A DNA stretch of 64,000 nucleotides from Octopus bimaculoides (taxonomy: Eukaryota). The translations under genes and the position numbers were made by a program. Below the pieces are notes generated by a model that was given only the letters and a program-made list of their open reading frames with translations, did no database searches and was not told where the DNA came from. The stretch lies in NCBI RefSeq assembly GCF_001194135.2, contig NC_068994.1:46878871-46942870 (forward strand). The letters are read 5' to 3'. Positions 12,118 through 24,187 of this stretch are shown in pieces. The number at the start of each line of letters is the position of its first letter. Position 1 is the first letter of the stretch.

Positions 12118-13981
12118 CTTCTTTCAGTTTCTGCCAAGCAAATCCATAGTAGAAGACACTTGCCTAAGGTGTTGTGCAATGTTACTGAACCTGAAACCGG
12201 GTGGTTGCAAAACCTATATGACGAAAAAGGAAATAAGATGATTGCACAGGGCAGGGTGGATGTAGAGGATGGAACAAAACGACCACAAAATGTTTGCTGT
12301 GTTGGTTGGAAACATCAACGCATTAACAAAAAATTATTTTTATATTGAGTTGTCCCCCTTGCCTTTGTTCTTTTGTTGAATGGTGATTAGTTACTTATAG
12401 ACATAGTCTGAATACAATAATAGTTCCATAGATACAGCTCTGATATATTGAAGTTATAGTGTTCACTATATTATATGTATTATTAATTAAGTCATTATCG
12501 AAAGAAGTTTTGAAGTGAGCTTATATTCTCGCTTTGATAACTCACATTATGAAGGGAAGTAACTCATGTAAACTCTTTTAGAGAAAATTTATTTAAAAAA
12601 AAAAAAAAAGTATTTTAATTCTAAGAACAACATTGACAGTTAGACATGTGCAGCATTTATATTAATATGAAGTTGATGAAATAAAACCTATGTTTTCTTC
12701 TTTGGATTTCTTTATAACTTGTATATCAAGCTTCGTCAGTGTGTGCTATGAAAATGCCATATGTACACACATCGCCCACACGCACGCACATGCACACATG
12801 CACTTGACTGTAGGGCTAAGTTCGATTTGCAGCCTCATGCTTTCAGGTTCAGTCCAATTGCATGGTACCCCAGACAAGTACAATTGTCTATTATAACCCT
12901 GGATTGACCAATACATTGTGAGTGAAAGGTTAGATGGAAACTATATAAAAAAAAAAAACCCTTAGGTATATTATCATAATTATCATCATCATCATCATCA
13001 TTTAACACCAACCTTCCATGCTGGCATTGGTTGGGCGATTTGAGACGATCAGAGAAATCAGAAAACTGTGCCAAGCTCCAAAATCTACTGTGGCCTGTGG
13101 CCTGGTTTCTGGGAACCCTTCCTAATATCAATCACATATATATGTTTGTTGTCCTCTTTAACAATTATGTGTGTGTGTGTGTGTGTGTGTGTATTTCTTT
13201 TTTTCTTTTATTTGTTTCAGTCATAAGACTGTGGCCATGCTGGGGCACTGCCTTGAGGAATTTTAGTTGAATGAATCACAGGTAGACTGACCCTTTTCCC
13301 TTTCACCTCTCTGGATCCTCACCACCCTCATCTCTCTCTCTCTCTATTTCAAGCCTTTCTCCTTCCTCCCTCGCCTCACATCCATGTTTACACTTACACA
13401 ATAGCAGTGGGTACTCCTACACAACCCACTCGATTACCCTTCCACTCGGTCCCTCTCTCTCTTTTCCACTAAACCCTGACACTACTCCTTTTACTTCCCT
13501 TCCCCTTTTCCCCTTTCATACTCCCCCTCTCTCCAATAGCATCTACTCTGTTACTCACCCCACTACCATGCCCTCCCAACAATAAATCTACCCCCTCTCA
13601 TCATGCTTTCTCCCTCTTTCACCACCTCACCTAAAAAAACGTCACTCACTCTCCCGGATTCTCCTTTTGGTCCTGGTGGCTCTTTAGTCTTGCCAATTAC
13701 AAGGTGACCTCACCAGTACTGGTGCCATGAAAAAGAAAAAGCACCTAGTACTTGGGGTTAGGAAGGGTATCCAGCAGTAGAAATCATGCCAAAACTGAAT
13801 CACTGGAGGACGACATATTCCTCTGGCTTGGCAGATCCTATCAAACTGTCCAAAAATGGAGATGATGATGATGATGATGATGATGATGGTGGTGGTGATG
13901 ATGGTGATGATAATGACGATGGTGATGAAGGTGGTGATGATGATGATGATGGTGATAAAAGGAACAGAGTTGAAGACTGAC

Positions 13982-14185
13982 CGGTGGCGCGTGAAGAAGT
14001 GAAACTGAAATGCCGTCGTGGTCGACTTCTCTCCAAGACTCTAACAACATCAGAAGGAAATGGTAGCTGAGGCAGTTCTCCTTTGACATCGGACTCCGTG
14101 GAAACAGTCTCCATTCCTTCATCATATGAGTTATCCTGTTGTACGGTGTGAGACTCAACACTGGAGTCCTCGCTGATGCCGGAAC
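13982..14185 (-). CDS. PR/SET-PLAG gene exon 6: acidic/Ser-rich linker
   Basis: 204-nt open phase 1-1 exon (SGISEDSSVESHTVQQDNSYDEGMETVSTESDVKGELPQ...RATG) with ctccag| and G|gtcagt. No domain match, so support comes only from frame and splice sites. Confidence 0.65.
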
Positions 14186-14204
14186 CTGGAGGTACACAGT
14201 GCAG

Positions 14205-14615
14205 GAATCATATTAAAAGGAAAGAAAGTATGGAAGACAAGCAGGCAGATAGGTAGGTAGATGGATGGATAGATGGATGGGTGGATGGATAGATGGATGG
14301 GTGGATGGATGGATAGACAGGGAGACAGACAGGTAGACACTTAAGTAGATACACAGGTAGATACACCAATAGATACAAAGACAGACAGATAGACAGGTAG
14401 ACAGATAGGTAGAAAGACAGGTAGACAGATGGGTAGACAGACGGGTAGACAGACAGATAGATAGACAGGTAGACAGGTAGAAAGACAGGTAGACAGACAA
14501 ACAGATAGATAGACAAGTAGTCAGACAGGTAGACAGACAGGTAGATAGACAGGTAGACAGGTAGAAAGACAAGTAGACAGACAAACAGATAGACAGACAA
14601 GTAGTCAGACAAGTG
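14205..14615. repeat. GATA/GACA-type compound microsatellite
   Basis: Runs of ggat, agac, ggtagaca and taga. Confidence 0.85.
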
Positions 14616-14942
14616 AAGTTGAACATCTTATCTGGCCACCACAGTCCCCATATCTCAATATTATTGAACATTTATGTGTAAGGCACATAACTCTGCTTAC
14701 AACAGTCTGCTTGGCTGACAAAACAGGTCCCTCTCTTACCCCCACAGTTCAGTGATTAGCTGTGACAAGGGACAGATGTAAAACAAATCAAAAACATTGC
14801 AGCTATGGAACTAATGGATAAAACAGCAGCAGCAACAGTAGTAGTAGCAGCAGTGGTGGTGGTGGTGGAAGCAACTAGTAGTAGTAGTAGTAGTAGTAAC
14901 TGCAGCAGTATTAATAGTGCCAAAAGTCACAGTACCTCTAGC

Positions 14943-14973
<31 letters not shown>

Positions 14974-15025
14974 ATTGTTGTTGTTAATTAGTTAGCTACT
15001 TTGCTAAATTAGTTAAATTGGTTAC

Positions 15026-15140
15026 CTGTGTTGATATCGGAGAGGACCGAATCAGAGACTGTCAGACAACTCTTCTCCAACATCAGCCGAGCATAGTTGG
15101 CAGCATAGCCCACCCTCAGCTCATCTCCAATGTGTATTGT
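15026..15140 (-). CDS. PR/SET-PLAG gene exon 5: PR domain C-terminal part
   Basis: TIHIGDELRVGYAANYARLM contains the SET/PR ELxxxY motif. Boundaries cttgcag| and G|gtaacc. Confidence 0.88.
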
Positions 15141-15584
15141 CTGCAAGAAAGAAACAGGGAGAAACAAGGATTAGTCACTATGGACAGTCAAACAGAACAT
15201 GCACACGTACACTTTTAATATAAAGGTAAATTGAGCTGTTTTGTTTTAGCACCCCAACATTATATATACATAAAAAGCACCCACCCTAGTAACACGTTAA
15301 AAGCTCTCGGTACACTCTGTTAAGTGGTTGGTGTTAGGAAGTACATCCAGCCATAGAAGTCATGCTAAAACAGACGACTGGAACCTGATGCAACCCTCTG
15401 GCTTGTTATCCTCCTGTCAAATTGTCCGACCCATGACCACATGGACGTTAAATGATGATGATGATGATGATGTCATTTTAACGTCTACTTTTACATGCTT
15501 GCATGGGTTAGATGGGAGCACATTGATTCAAAGTTTTCTACAGCTGGATGTCCTTCTTGTTGCCAACCATCACTTGTTTCTATG

Positions 15585-15822
15585 GTGCATTTTAGAAAAA
15601 TAAAAGTAAGGAGTCGATATCCTCCACCATCATCAGTACAAGAACTGGAGACTGTTTTAGCTGAAGAATGGACAAAAATTCCTTTGGAAACAATTCAAAC
15701 TTTGTACAAGTCCATACTTTGTAGAATTCAAACTGTAATTACTGCCAAAGGCAGTCCTACCCAATACTAAAATAAATTTATTTGAAATTTTAAGGTGTTT
15801 CCATTATTTTGTCCAACCCCTG
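15585..15822 (+). mobile_element. 3' fragment of a Tc1-like element (intron of the PR/PLAG gene)
   Basis: Remnant PPSSVQELETVLAEEWTKIPLETIQTLYKSILCRIQTVITAKGSPTQY* followed by the TIR-like end ccattattttgtccaacccctg. Confidence 0.75.
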
Positions 15823-16050
15823 TGTGTATATATATATATACACATATCCCCACATCTATCACACAAGTAAGTTGGTGCATATACACACACTCATACAAAT
15901 CTGCATTCATGCAGATGCACACACAGACATCCACTACTCAAACATACCCATATAGATACTTGCAACAAATACATGCATACATAACACAAATATCCATATA
16001 TAAACACACATTTACACAAAAACACACACAAAATTTAAAAACATACTTAC

Positions 16051-16215
16051 CCGAATTGCTACAAAATATATTTTTCCATCACACTGGTAAGCTTCTAGAT
16101 TTTGTTGTGTGTCAGCTAGACAGGCTGACCGTACAAACATCATCCAGTTGCACTGACCGTTATCAGTCATGTCCAGTGTGACCACCGACTGAATAGATTC
16201 TCCACCATTAAATAC
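16051..16215 (-). CDS. PR/SET-PLAG gene exon 4: PR domain core
   Basis: VFNGGESIQSVVTLDMTDNGQCNWMMFVRSACLADTQQNLEAYQCDGKIYFVAIR contains the PR signatures NWMxFVR and QNLxAYQ. 165 nt, phase 0-0, boundaries ttctag| and |gtaagt. Confidence 0.9.
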
Positions 16216-16714
16216 CTAGAAATGGACAATGGTAAAGAGACAGTGAGACAGTCCCACAATCCATTGGTGTATATCGCGCATGGTACACTTTGTCTAATCA
16301 GACCAAAAAGGAAGTTTCTAGAGGCAATTAAGGGAAGTGATATATCAAGCATTGGCAACTTTTTTATAGGGGCCACACTACTAAAAAAATTTAAGGTCAT
16401 TTTTCATTGCTGTGCCATTCAGAAAGCACTGCAAGCTGCAGTTTACCCACGACTGCTCTACATGGTTGTTCAACCTGCTAGAAATAGCAGCCAAATAACA
16501 CACACACAAACAAGCAAACAAACACAGAGTGTAAGGAATATTCTGTTGCATGTATTTTTATGGACATTGACCGATAGATTTCAAACTGACCAAAATTTTA
16601 TCAATCTCATCGTTCAAAGTACTGTCCTCATTTTTGGTAACTTATAAAACTAATTAAAACAACAACAATAAAACAAGCAATCAAAAATTTTTTTTTTTAA
16701 ATAACTGAATTTAC

Positions 16715-16863
16715 CTTTAGAATAAGTGAATTTGTCTGTACAGGTGTGTAATTGGCATCTGCTGGAAAAGGAGGGGCTACAACAGGTCCGAATTTAGAAC
16801 GCGCTGGTATCACACGTTTGGCAAAAACTCCTCTTTCTGAAACTGAACAGTGAATGAGAGAAC
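16715..16863 (-). CDS. PR/SET-PLAG gene exon 3: PR domain N-terminal part
   Basis: RGVFAKRVIPARSKFGPVVA resembles PRDM10 [20 protein letters not shown]. Acceptor ctttag, donor AAG|gtaaat. Confidence 0.88.
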
Positions 16864-17951
16864 CTAAAGTTGGTGATGAAGTGGGACTTAAAACAAAATT
16901 ACAGAAAGAAACAAGTTTTCCTTTCCACCCAAGAACCTCTGTCACATCAGAGACAGCATTTCCATCAAATAAAATGTACATTTGAGCCAATGAAGGAGTC
17001 TGATAGTAGCCACTCGACCTGTTAGAAATAAGAGTCAAATAAATGTCCTTCAAATCACACTCCCACTTTCAACCATCTTAACAGAAAAATGGGAAAGACA
17101 CATTACATAAAAAATATCTTAGATATAGGCGCATATTGAGTTTCACCATGGTCGCTGGACCTGTTAGACATTGCAATCAGATCATCATTTAGTGTCCATT
17201 TTTCTATACTGGCATGGGTTGGATGGATTGACAGGGGCAGGCAAGGCCAGAAGCTGCATCAAGTTCCATAGACTGTTTTGGCTTGGTTTCTACAGCTGGA
17301 TGCCTTTCCTAATACCAACCACTTTACAGAGTGTACTGAATGCTTTTTACAGGGTACCATCACCAGTGCTTTGTATGTGGCACCAGCACTCTTTACATGG
17401 CACTGTGGTTTCAGGATCTTGATTCTATTGTGGAAGACAGGTCTTCTTGAGAACAGCAACACACCATATACCTCGGTCCTTTGCCACATCTCCTCTCAAA
17501 TCATACAATATCATTCTTGAAAAAAGGAATGGCCACATTAGATAATACAGTCTTACATACATACCTAAAAAGACAGAATGTTCAGAGTTGATATGCTTTT
17601 GATCATAGGACTGTCTGGTTAGGGCTTACCTGGGGTTAAACAACAGTACCTTTCTCAACTCCAGCAGGAAAATGTATAACCATCTCTTTCTCTTGTGGAG
17701 GTGCATGGTTTGGTGGTTAGGATATTGAATTTATGAGCATTGTGATTTTGGTTCCTGGACCAAGCAATGTCTTGTGTTCTTGAGCAAAACATTTCTTTTA
17801 CATTGTCTCAGTCCACTCAGCTGGTAAAAATGAGTAAATCTAGTGATGGACTGGCATCCCATCCAGGGAGGAATATATATGCCAGAGAAACTGGGAAACT
17901 GGCCCCTATGCCCCTTAAAGGGTATTATGGTCAAACCATTTCTTTCCTTAC

Positions 17952-18104
17952 CTTTTAAGGGATGAGTCTTGAGATTTGGTCGAATAACTAGTCCTTTTGG
18001 CAGTGTGAGGTGGGCCATGGGAGGAATGACCCTGTCCGGAATGTCTTGAAGGGGTCCATGTTCAGGGCAGTCCCGATTATTGCTGCGTCCACATTCATGG
18101 CACC
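17952..18104 (-). CDS. PR/SET-PLAG gene exon 2: PR zinc knuckle
   Basis: Translates to (W)CHECGRSNNRDCPEHGPLQDIPDRVIPPMAHLTLPKGL, the C-x2-C-x7-C-x2-H knuckle of PRDM4/10/15-type proteins. Boundaries tttaag| and G|gtaagg, phase 1-1. This frame is not in the supplied ORF track. Confidence 0.88.
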
Positions 18105-19637
18105 CTTAAAGGAATAAAAAAAAAGAAAAGAATCAAATATTTGTTTCAAATTTTGGCACAAGACCAGCAATTTTAGTGGGGAGGAGACAGTCAATCACAT
18201 CAACCATCCCCAGTACTTGTCTGGTACATATCTCATTGACCCAGAGAGGACGAAAGGCAAAATCAACACAAGCAGAATTTGAACTCAGAACATAATGAGT
18301 TAGAAGAAATAAAGAAAAGCATTTTTACCAACGTTCTAACAATTATGGAGCTCACTGCTTTAGAAGATAATCAAATATTAATCAATATGGTGATGATGGT
18401 GGTGATGATGATGATGATGATGGTGGTGGTGATGGTGGTGGTGGTGGTGGATGATAGATCTTCCATCAACAGTTTCAATGATAAGCATTCAGTTGTTTAA
18501 TCACCTCAACAACCTCCTCTTTGAATTAGCATATAGACGGCTGAGTACTCCACAGACACGTGTGCCCTCCAACATAATTCTCAGGCTGAAATCAATGGTG
18601 ACACAATATGTAATATGGTTGGACCTTTCAGTCACATGCACAATCCATCCAACAGGTTTCCATCTAGCCAGTTTTATTCACATGGCTTGGGTTAACCTAA
18701 GGTCATAAAAAAAAAAAAAGGTAGCCAAAGGTGCCATACCGTAGGATTGAAACCAGAACATGACTATGAAGTGAGGTTCTTAACTGCTCAGCTAAGTTTG
18801 CAGTCATTAGGGGCCAATATAAATCATTTCCTCTGATCGTAAGCCCACTCAAAGCTGATCTGGGGTTCAACAACAGTGACAGCCTGTTAGACCTATTAGA
18901 AATAATAACCAAATCACCCTCAAACCACACTACATCCTACCATCATCATCATCATAATCATCACTTTAGCGTCCACTTTTACCATGGTTACAAGGGTCAA
19001 ACAAGAGTTTATTTAGGCAGATTTTCTATGGCCAGATGCCCTTCCTGTCACCAACCCCTACTTGTTTCCTAACAAGTTAATCTTTCCCTAGGGCCAGACA
19101 TGTTTTTGCAGAATATTGGAAATGAATGACACTGCTTGTATGAGAGTGATTATCATTTTAAAACTGTCCAATGATATCAAGACAATGGAACACAAACAAA
19201 CACACACAGGCTATAGTAGAAGACACTTGCCCAAGGTGCTACGCAGTGGGACTGAACCCAGAACCATGTGGTTGGTAAAGCAAGCTACTTACCAGACAGC
19301 CACTCCTGCGCCTATATGTATATGTATAAAAAGACATGATGTTCGTGGGTGGAAAGTCTTTTATGACAGAGCTACTTGACCAGGGCTGACCTGGTACTAA
19401 GCAACAACAGCAGCCAACAACACTCACATTGTCATGGAAACATAGAAGACGACAAAAATAGAAAAAAAAAAACACTAAGAAAATAAAAAATTAATTAATT
19501 AAAATACTTTTCGTAATTAGAAGATAATTTTCAATTCAATCAAGTTTGATAGGAACAAGTTTCAGACTGGTTTTCGTTGGTTTCAAAGCATAATCTTTAG
19601 TTCATTGGACTGTGTGTGTTCAATAATTAATGGTCTG

Positions 19638-19670
<33 letters not shown>

Positions 19671-20352
19671 GTTGTTGTTATTGTTGTTTATTTAGTTTTT
19701 ATTGGTCAGTACAGGCCATCTATTTTGGTGGTCAGCATTGTTCATCTTGGACAATAGTTTATTTTTGATGTTTTTCTTTATCTTGTGCCAAAAATAAATT
19801 TGCTTCTACTGCCTCCATTACTTCCCACTACTGCCACCACTACCACCCACTCACTGCCACAACCACCGCCAACTGCTATAAGCATTTCACCAGTGAAATC
19901 ACAAAACCACCCACCCACCCACCAGCACAACCACAACATACCACAACACCACCAACCATCCAACACCTACCATCACCACCATCGATATCATAAGCCAACA
20001 AGAAAGCTTCTATGTGATCACTCGGCTTGCTAGACATAGTAACCTAATTTCTCTTAATTATAGCCTACCTTCTTGAAAAGGAAGAGACACTGTATAATGT
20101 ATTCCTAGATACACTCTGTCTGAATACAAAATGAAATGGCCATAACAGGAATACCTTTGATCATAGGGTTGGTTGATCAGAACTGACCTGTACACAGAAG
20201 CCAGCTCAGGAGATAATGCTGTGGTTGCAGTGTATCTTTAATACTTTAACATTCAGATTATACTATCAGATCTAATGCTTATTCATTCACATTGTTTTGA
20301 CTTAATCATGTATGATCTAACTTTGATGATTTCTCTATTTTACTTGTTTCAG

Positions 20353-20409
<57 letters not shown>

Positions 20410-21072
20410 CGACAATCTTCTTTCAGTTTCCATCTACAAAATCCACTCACAAGGCTTTGGTCAGCTCGAGGTTATCATCATCGTCATCATCATCATTGTT
20501 GTTGCCATTGTCATCATTTTAAATGTCCCCTTTTCCAAGCTTGCATAGGTCAGATGGAATTTGTTGAGGTGGATTTCCTAAGGTTGGAGCCTAACCCTAC
20601 CACCTGAACAGTCACAATAAATCTCACACAAAAAACCAATGCTGGCAGACCAGGCTAAATTCTAACCCATGAATCATGCTCCAAAACATATCCCAATATC
20701 CACAAATCCCTGTGCCATGGGTCCACTCAGATGACATAAGTCTACTCAAGCAGACACTTACCTTGTAAACCTCTGTATATTATACAAGCCTGTATGTGGT
20801 CGGTTGACCTGTTAGAAATAGTAAATCAAATCTTCATCAAACCACACTCTTCCATCTTAGGTAATGTGCAAATTACACTAGTAAAGATGATGTAGTTATG
20901 GTTTGAATGGCCTTTGATCACAAGTTATCATTCTGCTCCATCGGGGTTGACCTAGGGCTAAACAACAATTCCAATCTGTTACACACTTGTCATAGATAAA
21001 GAGGTTCAATGGGCATTGGTTCTAATCCTCAGATTAACTAATAAACCCATAAGAGGTTTGAAAGATACTTAC

Positions 21073-21085
21073 ATATGCCATCCAT
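21073..21085 (-). CDS. PR/SET-PLAG-type zinc finger gene, coding exon 1 (13 coding nt, MDGI-W)
   Basis: aaaATGG context with an in-frame upstream stop. Donor T|gtaagt at 21073/21072; the T joins GG of the next exon to give the Trp of the knuckle motif W-C-x2-C. Probable acceptor tttctag at 21136. Confidence 0.7.
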
Positions 21086-21746
21086 TTTCTTCAGTTGTGT
21101 CTTCTAAGCATATTCTCTAAGGTTAAATGCCAAACCTAGAAATCCAAAACAAATAATAACAACAATAACAATGAAAATAATAATAATAACAATAATAATA
21201 ATAATAATAATAATAAAGTAATTTTTTATTGGCCACAAGGGCTAATATAAAGATATAATAATAATAATCTTTTCTACTCTTGGCACAAGGTCCGAAATTT
21301 TGGTGGGAGGAGGCCAGTCGATTAGATTGACCCCAGTACATAACTGGTACTTAATTTATCAACCCCAAAACGATGAAAGGCAAATTCGACCTCGGCAGAA
21401 TTTGAACTCAGAATGTAAAGACTGATGAAATATCGTTAAGCATTTTGCCCGGTGTGCTAATGGTTCTGCCAGCTCACTGCCTTATAATAATGATAATAAT
21501 AATAAATTAGGCTCCCTGCCTAATAATAATAATAATAATAAATAGTATGCGAAAGAGATGTGAAGATATTAAATAAAAAGATATTAAACAATATTTTCCA
21601 AAGAGTTTAAAATGCCTATAAGTGTGTAGATTATTAGAAATGATGAAGTGATGTGTTACAAATTTGCTTAGGGATAACGGCAGACATATTAAAATTAAAA
21701 TGTACAACCATCATGTGATGTCCAGAAAAGGGTACACACAAGCACA

Positions 21747-21777
<31 letters not shown>

Positions 21778-22032
21778 TTTATATGTGGGTTAACAAGGCA
21801 ACCAAAGGTTTCATGTAAAGAGATAACACAAATTTTCACTGTCAATATTAGTACTTATACACACACACACACATGACAGGCTTCTTTCAGTTTCAATCTA
21901 CCAAATTTAGCCCAAAAGGATTTAGTTGGCCTGGCCTATAGTAGAAGACAATTGCCCATGGTGCCCTGCAGTGGGACTGAACCCACAACCTTATTGTTGG
22001 AAAGCAAATTTTTCAACCATATAGCCATATGT

Positions 22033-22330
22033 GTGGAGGCACATGGCCTAGTGGTTAGAGCAGTGGACTTACGATCGAGGGATCACAGGTTCGAATCTCA
22101 AAACGGGAAATGCGTGTGTTTATGAGCGAAACACCTAAGCTCCATGCAACTCTGGCAGAAGGTAATGGCAGACTTCTGCTGACTCTTTCACCACAACTTT
22201 CTCTCACTCTTTCCTCCTGCATCTAGCAGCTCAGCTGCAACAGACCAGCATCCCATCCAGGTGGAGAACCTATACACCAATGAAACCAGGAAACCGGTCC
22301 TTATGAGCCAGGCATGGCTCAAGAAGAAAC
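22033..22330 (+). mobile_element. tRNA-derived SINE with the same head as 42642-43031 but a different tail
   Basis: Head gtggaggcacatggcctagtggttagagc...caccacaactttctctcactc, then the tail gaccagcatcccatccagg...ggaaaccggtccttatgagcc. Confidence 0.75.
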
Positions 22331-22631
22331 AAACATACACCCATATGTAATTGTAGTTGGAGATTACCTTATATATATATATATATATATATNNNNNNNN
22401 NNNNNNNNNNNNNNNNNNNNNNNNNNNNNNNNNNNNNNNNNNNNNNNNNNNNNNNNNNNNNNNNNNNNNNNNNNNNNNNNNNNNNNNNNNNNNNNNNNNN
22501 NNNNNNNNNNNNNNNNNNNNNNNNNNNNNNNNNNNNNNNNNNNNNNNNNNNNNNNNNNNNNNNNNNNNNNNNNNNNNNNNNNNNNNNNNNNNNNNNNNNN
22601 NNNNNNNNNNNNNNNNNNNNNNNNNNNNNNN

Positions 22632-22678
<47 letters not shown>

Positions 22679-23803
22679 CACATACACACACACACTGTCA
22701 CTCCTAAGTTATGACAACAAGGATTCCAGTTAATCCAAACAGAAGACCTTTTATATATATATATAAATTGCACCTAGAAAGTTACCTGTTACCGTCTGAG
22801 GCACAAATCCAAGAAATGTTGTTTATGGAAGACCAGCAGTTACTTGTGCATACCAGCCTCCCCTCTCCATGTCAGTGACATCATCCAAGGGAAAGGCAAA
22901 GACCAATACAGCTTGGCACCAGTGACTTTCGGAACTTCACAACTTATTTCTACAGCTGAGTGAACTGGACCAATGTGAAATAAAGTGTCTTGCTTAAGAA
23001 CACAACACACAGCCCAGTCCGGGAATTGAACTCACTACACCATGATTGTGAGCCCAATGCTCTAACCACTGAGCCATGCATATTCACAACCACATTATAT
23101 AGCAGCTAAAGCACACAAAATATGAATCTCAGGAGATGGGGGCTAAACGTCTAGAAAAAGCTGGATGTGTTGTTTCTTATCACTTTTGGGTTTTTTTGAC
23201 AAATCAACAAGAGAGAGCTTCTGTTACAGATGCAAGAGAAAAGAAAGCAAGAGGAATGAATCTATTGAAGCGGAGACCATTGTATTCTGGATAAAAAGCT
23301 TCACTGATTATGGAAATCAACTGAAGTAAATTTGCCAATGTTACGCAAATGCACAGGGACAGATACAACTAAGGAAAGTGGCAGGGGAAGGGGGCGGGGT
23401 GGGTGAACATTCACACAAATGTAATCTCTGCTAACAGAAAACAGAGATTATCGGTGGAATCAGATATTTCATGTCATCTTCAGACAGTTGATGTCTTCCA
23501 GTTGAGAATAACTTTCTGCATATTCTCAGCAAATACACACACGATTCCAAAAGCCCATTTTTAAGCAATACAAGATTCTTTTATTCTTTTATTCGTTTCA
23601 GTCATTTGACTACAGCCATGCTGGAGCACCACCTTTAGTCGAACAAATCGACCCCAGGACTTATTCTTTGTAAGCCTAGTACTTATTCAATCGGTTTCTT
23701 TTTGCCAAACCGCTAAGTTATGGGGATGTAAACACACCAACATCGGTTATCAAGTGATTGGGGGGGGGGGACAAACATAGACACACTAACACATACATAT
23801 ATA

Positions 23804-23840
<37 letters not shown>

Positions 23841-24187
23841 NNNNNNNNNNNNNNNNNNNNNNNNNNNNNNNNNNNNNNNNNNNNNNNNNNNNNNNNNNNN
23901 NNNNNNNNNNNNNNNNNNNNNNNNNNNNNNNNNNNNNNNNNNNNNNNNNNNNNNNNNNNNNNNNNNNNNNNNNNNNNNNNNNNNNNNNNNNNNNNNNNNN
24001 NNNNNNNNNNNNNNNNNNNNNNNNNNNNNNNNNNNNNNNNNNNNNNNNNNNNNNNNNNNNNNNNNNNNNNNNNNNNNNNNNNNNNNNNNNNNNNNNNNNN
24101 NNNNNNNNNNNNNNNNNNNNNNNNNNNNNNNNNNNNNNNNNNNNNNNNNNNNNNNNNNNNNNNNNNNNNNNNNNNNNNNNNNNNNNN

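Noticed and set aside
11635-12348. 237-aa plus-strand ORF
   Set aside because: Antisense to the ZF exon and running through a (CT)n tract and two SINEs; no domain.
19427-19460. Alternative first coding exon candidate for the PR/PLAG gene (T|gtgagt donor)
   Set aside because: In-frame TGA two codons upstream of the junction and no acceptor. The 21085 exon gives a clean ATG and correct phase.
22033-22105. tRNA-like sequence (also at 47727, 52757 and 42960-43031)
   Set aside because: A- and B-boxes are present but there is no complete cloverleaf or acceptor stem, and each continues into a multi-copy SINE body.
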